Notes under the pieces: generated by a model
Databases searched by the model: none
Told to the model about the DNA's origin: nothing
Seen by the model: only the letters and a program-made list of their open reading frames with translations
In this document: in pieces, positions 27,751 to 36,931 of the stretch
Layout of the letters: every line of letters starts with the position of its first letter
Position numbering within the stretch: the first letter of the stretch is position 1
NCBI GenBank assembly: GCA_964384235.1
Contig: CAYLJX010000002.1
Location: forward strand, 4,126-68,125
Length of the DNA: 64,000 bases
Origin: an uncultured Bdellovibrionales bacterium
GTDB taxonomy: Bacteria; Patescibacteriota; Minisyncoccia; Moranbacterales; UBA1568
Direction of reading: 5' to 3'
Translations under genes and position numbers: made by a program

Positions 27751-28063
27751 TTCCGATGTATACGTCGGAATCACTTATCCACAACTAAGATGCTTCAAAT
27801 AAGCCATAAATATAGGAATATGGTGTAATATTCATTGACCGAAAGGGGAAAACGCGCTAAACTGACTTTTGTAAAAATTAGGGTAAAGGCCCGATAGGGC
27901 GATATTTCTGCCTTTGGTGGAACGCGCTTTTTAAGGCCTTTGCTATCGAAAGATCCATCCTATTCGTACTCTTACGACTCATGTCCTTTCTTTTTTCCGG
28001 AACGGTTTCCGGAAGCTTTCGAGAAGGACGGCCGACAGGGCTGTCCAGACGGAAAAAAGAGGG

Positions 28064-29242
28064 ATGAAGGAGCGGTTGGAGGACCTGCACACCAAGACCC
28101 ACCATATCCAGACCAAGGTGCTGCAGTTTATCAAGGAAATTTCCGGCTACCGTGTCGTGCGGGTTTTTCGTAACTATTCGGCCTTTTCCATCGTGGCGTC
28201 GAGCGCCCTCCTGGTGTCCGCGAGCAACCTCACCCAGGGCAAAGAGGCCGGGAGCGTGCTGTTCGGCTATGCCGGAGGCGATACGGCGGAGGAAAGCCTT
28301 TCTTCCAAACATCGTATCGCAGCTCAGGTGAGCAAAAAAGAGAACCTTTCGCTCGTGCCTTTGGCAAGCGCTTCCAATACCGTCGATCCGAGCCAAAAGG
28401 ACGAGATATCGCTCCTGGATGTCCAGGGAACGGCGCTTTCCGGGCAGGTGCTCCTTTCGACCCAGACCGCCGATATTGCCAAGGATCCGGAGGAGGACGG
28501 TGGCGTCAAGATCTATACCGTCGAATCCGGCGATACGGTGAGCTCCATCGCGGCAGCCCATGCGATCACGGTCAATACGATCCTCTGGGCCAACGACCTG
28601 GCCAACGTCGATGAGATCAAGCCGGGGGACCAGCTCTTCATCCTGCCGGTCGCCGGGTTCTCCTATGCCGTCAAGGACGGGGACACGATCGAGAAGATCG
28701 CCGAAAAATACAAGGCCGAAAAGGAAAAGATCATCGCCTACAACGAACTGCCGGCCAACGGCGAGGTGCGCGCGGGAGACGTGATCATCATTCCGGACGG
28801 TCGTAAGGAAGAAACCGCTCCCAAGCCGGCTCCGAGTACGGGCGAACTGGAGCGTCGTCAGTACGCGAGCTCGGCCGGTGGCGTGGCGACGGACATCTCC
28901 TCCGGTTTCCGCAAGCTCGAGGGTAAAGCCGGGACCGGACACCGGTTCCCGTACGGGTGGTGTACCTGGTACGTGGCGCAGAAGCGCTTCGTCCCGTGGG
29001 GTGGGAATGCCGGTACGTGGCTCTATAAAGCCAAGGCGCTCGGCTATCGCACCGGACGCAAGCCGACCGTCGGATCGATCATGGTGACGACGGAAAATCG
29101 CTACTACGGCCACGTGGCCCTCGTCGAGAAGGTGAGCGGCGATACCATCACCGTGAGCGAGATGAACTATGTCGGTTGGGGCAAGGTGAACCGCCGTACC
29201 CTCTCGGCCTCCAGCCGCGCGATCAAGGGATTCATTTACTAG
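28064..29242 (+). CDS. LysM + CHAP peptidoglycan hydrolase
   Basis: Two LysM repeats (YTVESGDTVSSIA, YAVKDGDTIEKIA); CHAP GWCTWYV...WGGNAGTW...YGHVALVE...SEMN. Confidence 0.92.
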   Translation: MKERLEDLHTKTHHIQTKVLQFIKEISGYRVVRVFRNYSAFSIVASSALLVSASNLTQGKEAGSVLFGYAGGDTAEESLSSKHRIAAQVSKKENLSLVPLASASNTVDPSQKDEISLLDVQGTALSGQVLLSTQTADIAKDPEEDGGVKIYTVESGDTVSSIAAAHAITVNTILWANDLANVDEIKPGDQLFILPVAGFSYAVKDGDTIEKIAEKYKAEKEKIIAYNELPANGEVRAGDVIIIPDGRKEETAPKPAPSTGELERRQYASSAGGVATDISSGFRKLEGKAGTGHRFPYGWCTWYVAQKRFVPWGGNAGTWLYKAKALGYRTGRKPTVGSIMVTTENRYYGHVALVEKVSGDTITVSEMNYVGWGKVNRRTLSASSRAIKGFIY

Positions 29243-29416
29243 CTTGTAGCTGGTAGGAAATAGCTTGTAGGATAATATGCAAGGAGAGAATCCGGGTGAG
29301 AGCCCGGATTTTTTCTACCAGCTACCAGCTATTTCCTATCATCCTCACGAAGACTGTGGTATACTTCTAAGTGAAAAATCTTTCTTTCGAAACGACTGGC
29401 TTCTCTCGGGCAAGCT

Positions 29417-31306
29417 ATGACTTTTTTCAAAAAAAACAAAAAGAAAAATCTTTTCGTGTTTTTCTTGCTCCTCTTTATCGTGGGAGGTGTTTTGTTTTTC
29501 ATAGGGAACGATGCGGCTTTAGCTCAGGAAGCTAGTGGAGCACCAGAGGGGGACTCCTCTTGGATAGGAGACAAGGTAACCATTCTTTTCAAGGCGATAT
29601 TTTACGGGGTTTTCGTAGCGTTCGGATATCTGACCTCTCTCGCAGTAACCATCTTTGGTTGGGCTGTCAAACCGGAATTCATCTCCGGAAACACGGGGTT
29701 TCTCAACCGGGCGGCGATTTACGATCTTTGGAAATTCATCCGTGACTTCTTCAACCTGTTCTTCATCATCGTACTTCTTTACACGGCCTTCACTATCGTC
29801 TTCCAAGTGGCCAAGGATTACAAGAAAGCGCTCCTCAATCTCGTCATCATGGCGCTTCTGGTGAACTTCAGTTTCCCTATTTCGCGCTTCATCATCGACA
29901 CCGCCAATGTCCCGATGTATTTTTTCATCAATCAGGCCATGCCAAGTAACAAGGGAGAGGAGGCTTTCGGGACGATTCTCAGCGCATCGAAGATTCAGGA
30001 TATCCTCATCCCCGGGTATAGTTCCGGCAATGGGTGGGATTATGTCAAACAGGACAGCGTGTATTTCAGCTACCTCATCATAGCGATCATCTTCATGTTC
30101 CTTTTTTCCATATCGCTTCTGGTCCTGGCAGTAATGCTCGTCGTTCGTCTCATTGCGCTCGTCATCCTGGTGATCTTCTCCTCGGTCGGGTTCGCGGCGA
30201 CGATCATGCCCGGCTTCGACAAGTACGCCAAGATGTGGTGGGACAACCTGCTCAAGTACGCCTTCTTCGGTCCGGCCGCCATGCTCATGATGCTCATCGC
30301 GGTACGGTTCCTCGGGGCGATGCGGGAGGATGCCACATACAGCAATATCAAAAGTGTGGCGCTCAATAATGCCAGTTCGGCCGATTATATCGCCTCCATG
30401 GCGCTTTTCAGTATTCCGATCATCCTCATTTGGTTCTCTATCGGTCTCGCGCAGCAGTTCTCCATCGCCGGCGCGAGCATGGTCACTGGTAGGGGGAAGC
30501 AGTACGGAAAGTGGCTTGCGAAAAAGACATACAATAATCCATTGACGAATAATGCTTGGACAAGGGGAACTGCCTCCGGTCTGAAAGAGCGTGCTGAGAG
30601 CAATAAGTATGTCAAGTGGGTCATGCCGAAGACGTATTCCGATTTGAGCAAGAAGAAAGAGGAACAATATAAGGGATATGCATCCGGCGGAGCTACCGGA
30701 AAGGCAAGGGTTATCGAGAATCAACACAACAAGAAGGTGGCGGAGAAAGAGAAGGGGATGGATGAACTTCGCATAAGCGAGTCCCAGATGAAGCAAATGA
30801 TCGACCCGGCCAATAGTGGTAAATATAGTGCGGCGGAAAAGGAGGCCGCAGTGAATCTCTTGAATAAGAAAGAGAAGTTCGGCAATGCCGGCGAACTGCA
30901 TAACGCCGTCGAGGCGATCAAGGCTGCCAACAAGAACGAAAGCGCCCAGAAGGAAAAGATCACCGAACTCCTTAAGAAGGTAAAGGGTGATGGTCTCGAT
31001 GGTATGAGTGTGGCGCAGTATGACAATATCGCGAACCTTGGTCCGGAAATGAAGAAGGAGCTTGATAAGAAGCTGAAGAAAGAAGGAAAAACAAATGTGC
31101 TCGTTGAAGTCGAGATGAGAACTCCGGGCGCGAATCGTGCACAAATTGTCGGAGATATGCTTAAGGGGATGAAGACGGAGGATGTCGCGAAGCAAGATCT
31201 CTTTAAGGCAGGTAGTCCGAATAAGGCAGAAGCGGATGCTTGGCTCAGTTATGTCCGTACTCAGAACCCGGAGCGTTATCAGAAAATCAAGGCAGACCTT
31301 CCATAA
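29417..31306 (+). CDS. VirB6/TrbL-like polytopic membrane protein with charged C-terminal domain
   Basis: W..IRDFFNLFFIIVLL, ALLVNFSFPISRFIIDTAN, RLIALVILVIFS..F....P.F...KMWW; context with PrgI/VirB4. Confidence 0.65.
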   Translation: MTFFKKNKKKNLFVFFLLLFIVGGVLFFIGNDAALAQEASGAPEGDSSWIGDKVTILFKAIFYGVFVAFGYLTSLAVTIFGWAVKPEFISGNTGFLNRAAIYDLWKFIRDFFNLFFIIVLLYTAFTIVFQVAKDYKKALLNLVIMALLVNFSFPISRFIIDTANVPMYFFINQAMPSNKGEEAFGTILSASKIQDILIPGYSSGNGWDYVKQDSVYFSYLIIAIIFMFLFSISLLVLAVMLVVRLIALVILVIFSSVGFAATIMPGFDKYAKMWWDNLLKYAFFGPAAMLMMLIAVRFLGAMREDATYSNIKSVALNNASSADYIASMALFSIPIILIWFSIGLAQQFSIAGASMVTGRGKQYGKWLAKKTYNNPLTNNAWTRGTASGLKERAESNKYVKWVMPKTYSDLSKKKEEQYKGYASGGATGKARVIENQHNKKVAEKEKGMDELRISESQMKQMIDPANSGKYSAAEKEAAVNLLNKKEKFGNAGELHNAVEAIKAANKNESAQKEKITELLKKVKGDGLDGMSVAQYDNIANLGPEMKKELDKKLKKEGKTNVLVEVEMRTPGANRAQIVGDMLKGMKTEDVAKQDLFKAGSPNKAEADAWLSYVRTQNPERYQKIKADLP

Positions 31307-31327
31307 ATTACCTCCTAAGCAGTTCGT

Positions 31328-32458
31328 GTGAGTCCGGAGAGAAAAAACAACCCGATCTATTATCCAATGCTTGTTTCTGATCAAGGCACTGCTGATGCAG
31401 CGGATCAGAAGATTGAGGATGCGCGTTGGAAAACGCTTCGTGCTTTATCCAAAGAAAAGCGCGATCTTCTTGTTTCTACGGAACTTCCTTTGGCTCTGAT
31501 GAGCTTACAAGACACGTATCATTTGAGCGATGTGGTCATTGGCAGCATAAGTCTCTTCATCCGAAAGATCTTTTTCGGCGAGTTGACGCTGGAACAGGCG
31601 GAGGCGAAGATCGGGAGCATACTCATGACGACCGGGGGAGGCGATCCCAACCAGGCCAAGGCAATCGTGGAGTTCATCCGAAAGGACATCATGACGATCA
31701 AGCCGAAACCGGAAGTGGAGGAGAACGATGAGATGAAGGAGGAAGAGAAGCCGGCTGCGGGAACGGTCAGTATGCCGCTCTTGCAGGCGCTGTCCAAGTA
31801 CGAGCAGCTGGCCAATCAGTTGATCACCGGAGAGCGGATCAGGATCAAGGGTCAAGGGGAGGCCGTGCGGCCGTCGCTTCTCAACTGGATCAAGTATTAT
31901 CGCGACGAGCTCGGCGTGGGCTATCACGATAACGTGCAGCGCGGACAGTTCCTCTTCCGTTCGGAGAACGGCAAGCACCTCTCCACCGAGGAGCGCGAGC
32001 GCATCAATCTCGTCCTGCGTTCCATCGAGGAGAACCTGCCAGTCCAGATCGATACGGAACGCAGTGAGATCGTGTTTCCGCGAAGCAACGCTCCCACTCA
32101 GTCGAAACCAAGAACGGACAGGGCGGACGTGATGGCCACGGCCAAAGTGGAGAAGGGACCGGCTCTCCCTGGTACTCCGGCGCATGAGACTCCGGCCAAC
32201 AGCGCGTTCGTGAGCGGTAATCTGGGTATGGTGCAGGGGACGCATTTCGGGACTTCGGAACAGAAAGCTTCAGAGAAGGGGTCGCTCAGCTTTTCTTCCT
32301 CACATGTCTTCCCGGCTGAGAAAGAGAAGGCCTCGAACCCTTCGACAAGCTCAGGGCAAGCACCGAAATCTGCTCCGCAAACTCCCCAGGCTCCCGTATC
32401 GAAACCCAATCCCTTCCGTATCCGCCCAGTCAGTCTGTCGAAGAAGAATGGCAAGTGA
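31328..32458 (+). CDS. hypothetical protein in the T4SS-like cluster
   Basis: 376-aa ORF co-oriented with the cluster; low-complexity Pro/Ser C-terminus. Confidence 0.7.
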   Translation: MSPERKNNPIYYPMLVSDQGTADAADQKIEDARWKTLRALSKEKRDLLVSTELPLALMSLQDTYHLSDVVIGSISLFIRKIFFGELTLEQAEAKIGSILMTTGGGDPNQAKAIVEFIRKDIMTIKPKPEVEENDEMKEEEKPAAGTVSMPLLQALSKYEQLANQLITGERIRIKGQGEAVRPSLLNWIKYYRDELGVGYHDNVQRGQFLFRSENGKHLSTEERERINLVLRSIEENLPVQIDTERSEIVFPRSNAPTQSKPRTDRADVMATAKVEKGPALPGTPAHETPANSAFVSGNLGMVQGTHFGTSEQKASEKGSLSFSSSHVFPAEKEKASNPSTSSGQAPKSAPQTPQAPVSKPNPFRIRPVSLSKKNGK

Positions 32459-32560
32459 TAGCACGCGTGAGAGAAGAGCCGGAACGTGATATAATTGACA
32501 AGCTCTGGTATTTTTCCTCATTTCCTATCTCCTATCTCCTACTTCCTATCTCCTGTTTTT

Positions 32561-32998
32561 ATGATGTTCAGTGTCCCACAATTCATCGATGTCGAGGACA
32601 AGATCGCCGGTCCGCTCACCTGGAGGCAGCTCCTGTGGATGATCGGGATGGGAGCGATACTCCTTTTCTTTTACAGTATCTTCGATACGGCGCTCTTCAT
32701 CGTCATCGCGGTGCCGACGACGCTCCTCTTCATCGGGCTGGCCTTCTATCGGCCGAACGGCGTCTCGCTCACCACATTCATCTTTCATGGCATCCTCTTC
32801 TTCTTCCGTCCCAAGGTAGCAGTGTGGGAGCGGCCGGTACGGTCTCTCGGAGCGTCGCAGCGGACCGCCGAGGAGGCTGAGAAGAAGCGTCAGGCGGCCC
32901 TGGCGGCGGAGGCCGAGATGAAGGCGAAAAAGGATCTGAGCCAGGACAAGCTTCGTGAATTGGCGCGTATTCTGGATAGCCGAGGACGGGGAGTGTAA
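32561..32998 (+). CDS. PrgI family protein (VirB3-like)
   Basis: MMFSVPQFIDVEDKIAGPLTWRQ plus two TM helices. Confidence 0.85.
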   Translation: MMFSVPQFIDVEDKIAGPLTWRQLLWMIGMGAILLFFYSIFDTALFIVIAVPTTLLFIGLAFYRPNGVSLTTFIFHGILFFFRPKVAVWERPVRSLGASQRTAEEAEKKRQAALAAEAEMKAKKDLSQDKLRELARILDSRGRGV

Positions 32999-33037
32999 GC
33001 GAGTTTTCTCTCCCACAATACAAACAACTCTCGAAAA

Positions 33038-33721
33038 ATGGAATTACTCAAACCAAAAAACAAGCCGGCAAGCGGCGGCAGCACACAGAAATACGTGGAC
33101 GTCGAGGAGATCCGCGACAGCGTCATCGTGCTCAAGAGCGGTGCGCTTCGTTCGGTATTGCTCGTGTCATCGCTTAACTTCGATCTCAAGTCGAGCGAGG
33201 AGCAGGATGCCATCATCGGGCAGTACCAGAATTTCCTCAACTCGCTCGATTTCCCCGTGCAGATCGTCATTTCTTCGCGACGTTTCAACATCGAGCCGTA
33301 CCTCGAGCTCCTCAAGGATCAGGAGAAGCAGCAGGAAAACGAGCTCCTGCGCTTCCAGATTTCCGAATACAAGGGCTTCATCAAGAACCTGACGGAAGTC
33401 TCGAACATCATGGCCAAGTACTTCTACGTGGTCATACCCTTTTCTCCGGTGGAGGACAAGAAGAGTGGGTTCTTCTCGCAGCTCTCCGGCATCTTCCAAC
33501 CCAAGCAGAGCATCGGGCTCCGCGGCGATCTCTTCGATACGTACAAGAGCCAGCTTTTCCAGCGCGTGGACCATGTCGCGGCGGCCCTCTCCGGAACGGG
33601 ACTGCGCGTCACGCAGCTCAATACCGAAGAGATCATCGAACTCCTGTACAACACCTACAACCCTTCGCTCTTCACGACTGCCATCGTCAAGAACATCGAA
33701 GCGGTGGAACTCGCCCCCTAA
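33038..33721 (+). CDS. VirB4-associated protein (TraC/VirB4 N-terminal-like)
   Basis: STQKYVDVEEIRD...SLNFDLKSSEEQDAII..YQNFLNSLDFPVQI; lies between PrgI and VirB4. Confidence 0.7.
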   Translation: MELLKPKNKPASGGSTQKYVDVEEIRDSVIVLKSGALRSVLLVSSLNFDLKSSEEQDAIIGQYQNFLNSLDFPVQIVISSRRFNIEPYLELLKDQEKQQENELLRFQISEYKGFIKNLTEVSNIMAKYFYVVIPFSPVEDKKSGFFSQLSGIFQPKQSIGLRGDLFDTYKSQLFQRVDHVAAALSGTGLRVTQLNTEEIIELLYNTYNPSLFTTAIVKNIEAVELAP

Positions 33722-33732
33722 AACACATCGAC

Positions 33733-35754
33733 ATGAGCGGTATTTTTTTCAAAGACAGATATGGATCGGAGGAACTTTCCGTTCCCGACATCTCTCCGGT
33801 GACGGCCGGAGCCGCTTCGGCTGAGCCGTCTGCCGGGGTGAAGTCTTCGCCGGTCGCTACTCCTCCCTCTGTTCCCGCTCCCGCTCCTGCGGCTGTTTCT
33901 CCAAGGAGAGTCCAGGAGAAAGTCACCGAGAGGCGTCCTGAGAAAAAGGAACCGGCTCCCGGATTGTTTTCCCCGTCCCGCAGCACGAGCGAGAGCGAAC
34001 GCCTCTACCAGCAGGGTATCGCGACTATCAAGGATCTGATCGCTCCGCCCGCCATCAAGCTCTCGCCCAACAGCATGCACATCGGTGACGTGATCGCTCG
34101 CACCTACTTCGTCATCGCCTATCCGCGTTTCCTCTCGACCAACTGGTTCTCGCCGATCATCAACATCGACTTCGCGATGGATATCTCGCTCTTCGTCCAC
34201 CCGATCGACACGGCGGAGATCCTCAAGAACCTGCGCAAGTCAGCCACCCAGGTGCAGTCGCAGATCCATATCGAGGCCGAGGAGGGAAAGATCCGCAATC
34301 CCGTCCTGGAGACCGCCCTGGAAGACATCGAGAGTCTCCGTGACAAACTTCAGCAGGGGACGGAGAAATTCTTCCGCTTCGGTCTCTACATGACCATCTA
34401 CGCGCAAGATGAAAAGGATCTCAATGACAAGTGTCAGGCGGTGGAATCCATCCTCGAGGCCCAGCTCGTCTATACCAAGCCGGCCGTGCTCCGCATGGAT
34501 CAGGGATTCGCGGCGACCCGGCCGCTCGCGAACGATGTCTTGGATGTAGCCAACAACCTCAACACCGAACCGCTCTCGACGACCTTTCCGTTTGTCTCGT
34601 CCGACCTTTCTTCCAACGAGGGCATCCTCTACGGTATCAACCGGCACAACAACTCGCTCGTGCTCTTCGACCGTTTCAAGATGGAGAACGCCAACATGGT
34701 GGTCTTTGCCAAGTCCGGTGCCGGTAAGAGCTATACCGTCAAGCTCGAGGTGCTCCGCTCCATGATGTTCGGGGCGAGCGTCATCATCATCGATCCGGAA
34801 AACGAATACAAGCATCTCACCGAGACGGTGGGCGGGACGTTCCTCCAGGTCGCGCTCAATTCCGACGTGCACCTCAATCCCTTCGATCTGCCGAAGAAGA
34901 TCGACGACGAGGATAGTCAGGGTGTCTTCCGCAACACCATCGCCAACCTGGTCGGCCTCCTCCATCTCATGCTGGGATCGGTGACGCCGGAGGAGGATTC
35001 GATCCTCGACCGGGCCATCCGCGAGACTTATGCCATCCGGGATATCACGGAGATGAGCGACTTCTCACAGCTTACCCCGCAGTCGTTTCCGACCATGTCG
35101 GACCTCTATACCGTCCTCCAGAACATGGACGGGGCTGAATCGCTCGCGGCGCGTCTCGAGCGCTATACCGAGGGCATCTTCGGCGGCTTCCTCAACCGGC
35201 AGACCAACGTCGAGACGGACAATCAGCTGGTGACCTTCAATATCCGCGACCTGGAGGAGGAGCTCCGTCCCATCGCCATGTACATCATCCTGCAGTTCAT
35301 CTGGAACGAAATCCGCACGAAGATGAAGAAACGCCTCGTCGTCGTCGACGAAGCCTGGGTCATGATGCAGCATGACGATGCCGCGTCGTTCCTCTTCGGT
35401 ATCGCCAAGCGCTGCCGCAAGTACTACACGGGTCTCACCACCATCACGCAGGACATCGCGGACTTCGCCTCGTCGCGCTACGGCAAGCCAATCATCACCA
35501 ACTCCTCGATGCAGCTCCTCCTGCGCCAGTCGCCGGCCTCCATCGATTTCGTGTCGGAGACCTTTTATCTCACCGACCACGAGAAGTTCCTCCTCCTGGA
35601 GAGCAACGTCGGCGAGGGTATCTTCTTCGCGGGACAGAAGCATGCCGCCATCAAGGTGATCGCCTCCTACAGCGAGGACCAGATCATCACGTCCGACCCG
35701 CGCCAGCTCCTGGAAATCGAGGAGGCTAAGAAGGATTTCGATTCGGGAAATTAA
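33733..35754 (+). CDS. VirB4-like secretion ATPase
   Basis: GILYGINRHNNSLVLFDRF, Walker A AKSGAGKS, IIDPENEY, LNPFD, Walker B VVVDEAW, RKYYTGLTTITQ. Confidence 0.9.
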   Translation: MSGIFFKDRYGSEELSVPDISPVTAGAASAEPSAGVKSSPVATPPSVPAPAPAAVSPRRVQEKVTERRPEKKEPAPGLFSPSRSTSESERLYQQGIATIKDLIAPPAIKLSPNSMHIGDVIARTYFVIAYPRFLSTNWFSPIINIDFAMDISLFVHPIDTAEILKNLRKSATQVQSQIHIEAEEGKIRNPVLETALEDIESLRDKLQQGTEKFFRFGLYMTIYAQDEKDLNDKCQAVESILEAQLVYTKPAVLRMDQGFAATRPLANDVLDVANNLNTEPLSTTFPFVSSDLSSNEGILYGINRHNNSLVLFDRFKMENANMVVFAKSGAGKSYTVKLEVLRSMMFGASVIIIDPENEYKHLTETVGGTFLQVALNSDVHLNPFDLPKKIDDEDSQGVFRNTIANLVGLLHLMLGSVTPEEDSILDRAIRETYAIRDITEMSDFSQLTPQSFPTMSDLYTVLQNMDGAESLAARLERYTEGIFGGFLNRQTNVETDNQLVTFNIRDLEEELRPIAMYIILQFIWNEIRTKMKKRLVVVDEAWVMMQHDDAASFLFGIAKRCRKYYTGLTTITQDIADFASSRYGKPIITNSSMQLLLRQSPASIDFVSETFYLTDHEKFLLLESNVGEGIFFAGQKHAAIKVIASYSEDQIITSDPRQLLEIEEAKKDFDSGN

Positions 35755-35763
35755 CGTTCGCTT

Positions 35764-36258
35764 ATGGGTGTCCGTGAGATGCGGGAAGACCTGAGGACGA
35801 TGAAGCGTGTCTCATCGCAATCGCGACGTATACAGACGGTCGTGCGCCAGGAATCCGGAGAAGGGAACTTCACAGGGGAAAAACCATCCAAGCTCCTGTA
35901 TATGGGAGTGGCGATGATCGCTCTTTTCAAGGATACCCTGGACCTGGCCATCGGTCCGCTTTTGGGGATCGTGACGGTCATCGGACTGTGTACCTCGTTT
36001 CTCATCTGGATCCTCCTCCTGGTCTTCGACCGCTCCGGCGGAAGGCACAACATGAAGCTGGCCCGAAGCGTCCTGCAGCTGGTCGTGGCCATCATAGAGT
36101 CGCTGGGCATCGGCCTCAACTATCTTCCCTGGCAGACGGCGACAGTCGTCATCCTCTATGTGATGGCCAAGAAGGCCTGGCGGAAACAGGCAAAGGAAGC
36201 GAGTGCGCAGAGGGGGCAGGGGACAGGGTATGTCGATGAGGATTTTCTCGAAGTATAG
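35764..36258 (+). CDS. hypothetical membrane protein
   Basis: Three to four hydrophobic segments; 9 nt after the VirB4 stop. Confidence 0.7.
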   Translation: MGVREMREDLRTMKRVSSQSRRIQTVVRQESGEGNFTGEKPSKLLYMGVAMIALFKDTLDLAIGPLLGIVTVIGLCTSFLIWILLLVFDRSGGRHNMKLARSVLQLVVAIIESLGIGLNYLPWQTATVVILYVMAKKAWRKQAKEASAQRGQGTGYVDEDFLEV

Positions 36259-36272
36259 TCCAGAATGTATCT

Positions 36273-36926
36273 ATGGTTTCTCTCCCTTTCGATCAGAAGC
36301 GTTTCATCGTGACGGGACTGCTCGTCCTGTTTTCTCTCGGTTTTTTCGGGTTTTTCGAGGAGAGCGAAACGGTCAGTCCGGTGATCCAGAGTCTCATCGT
36401 GAGCACGGTGCTCTTCTTGGTGATTCCGGTTTTGTATTGTAAAATGGTACTCAAAGAGCCCTTGAAAAACATAGGTTGGCAGGACGGTAACGCGAAGGCC
36501 GGGACGGTTTCCGGTATCCTGGGAGTGGCTTCGGCGATCGCAGCGATATTCGCACTCATCACCTTTTCATCATTCGAGGACCACTATGGTTTTCCCGCCC
36601 TCGTGGAGGAAAACTTCTGGTGGTTCATGCTGTATGAGCTGGTTCTGGTGAGTTTCATCGCGTTCCTTTATGAGGTTTTCTTCCGCGGACTGATACAGCT
36701 TTCCTGGCTCAAGTCTCTCGGGGTGTGGGGTGTCGTGGCCCAGGCGCTGCTCTTCACGAGTCTCCTGTTTTTGAGCGGGGATATCTCCTGGCAGCAGGCG
36801 CCGCTCCTCCTCTTCAGTCCCATCGCTGGTCTCGTGGCGCACTTCTCCCGTTCCGTGTGGTATTCTTTCGCTGCCAGCTGGGTGTTCCTTTTCCTGACCG
36901 ACGTGCTTCTGCTCATCCTTCGATAA
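36273..36926 (+). CDS. CPBP/Abi (CAAX-protease) family membrane protein, degenerate motifs
   Basis: LKNIGW, YEVFFRG (cf. EExxFRG), GLVAHFSRSVW; His motifs absent. Confidence 0.6.
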   Translation: MVSLPFDQKRFIVTGLLVLFSLGFFGFFEESETVSPVIQSLIVSTVLFLVIPVLYCKMVLKEPLKNIGWQDGNAKAGTVSGILGVASAIAAIFALITFSSFEDHYGFPALVEENFWWFMLYELVLVSFIAFLYEVFFRGLIQLSWLKSLGVWGVVAQALLFTSLLFLSGDISWQQAPLLLFSPIAGLVAHFSRSVWYSFAASWVFLFLTDVLLLILR

Positions 36927-36931
36927 TCCCT

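Noticed and set aside
36725-36931. N-terminal extension of the 989-aa ORF
   Set aside because: Overlaps the CPBP-like gene; the signal peptide begins at ATG 36932.
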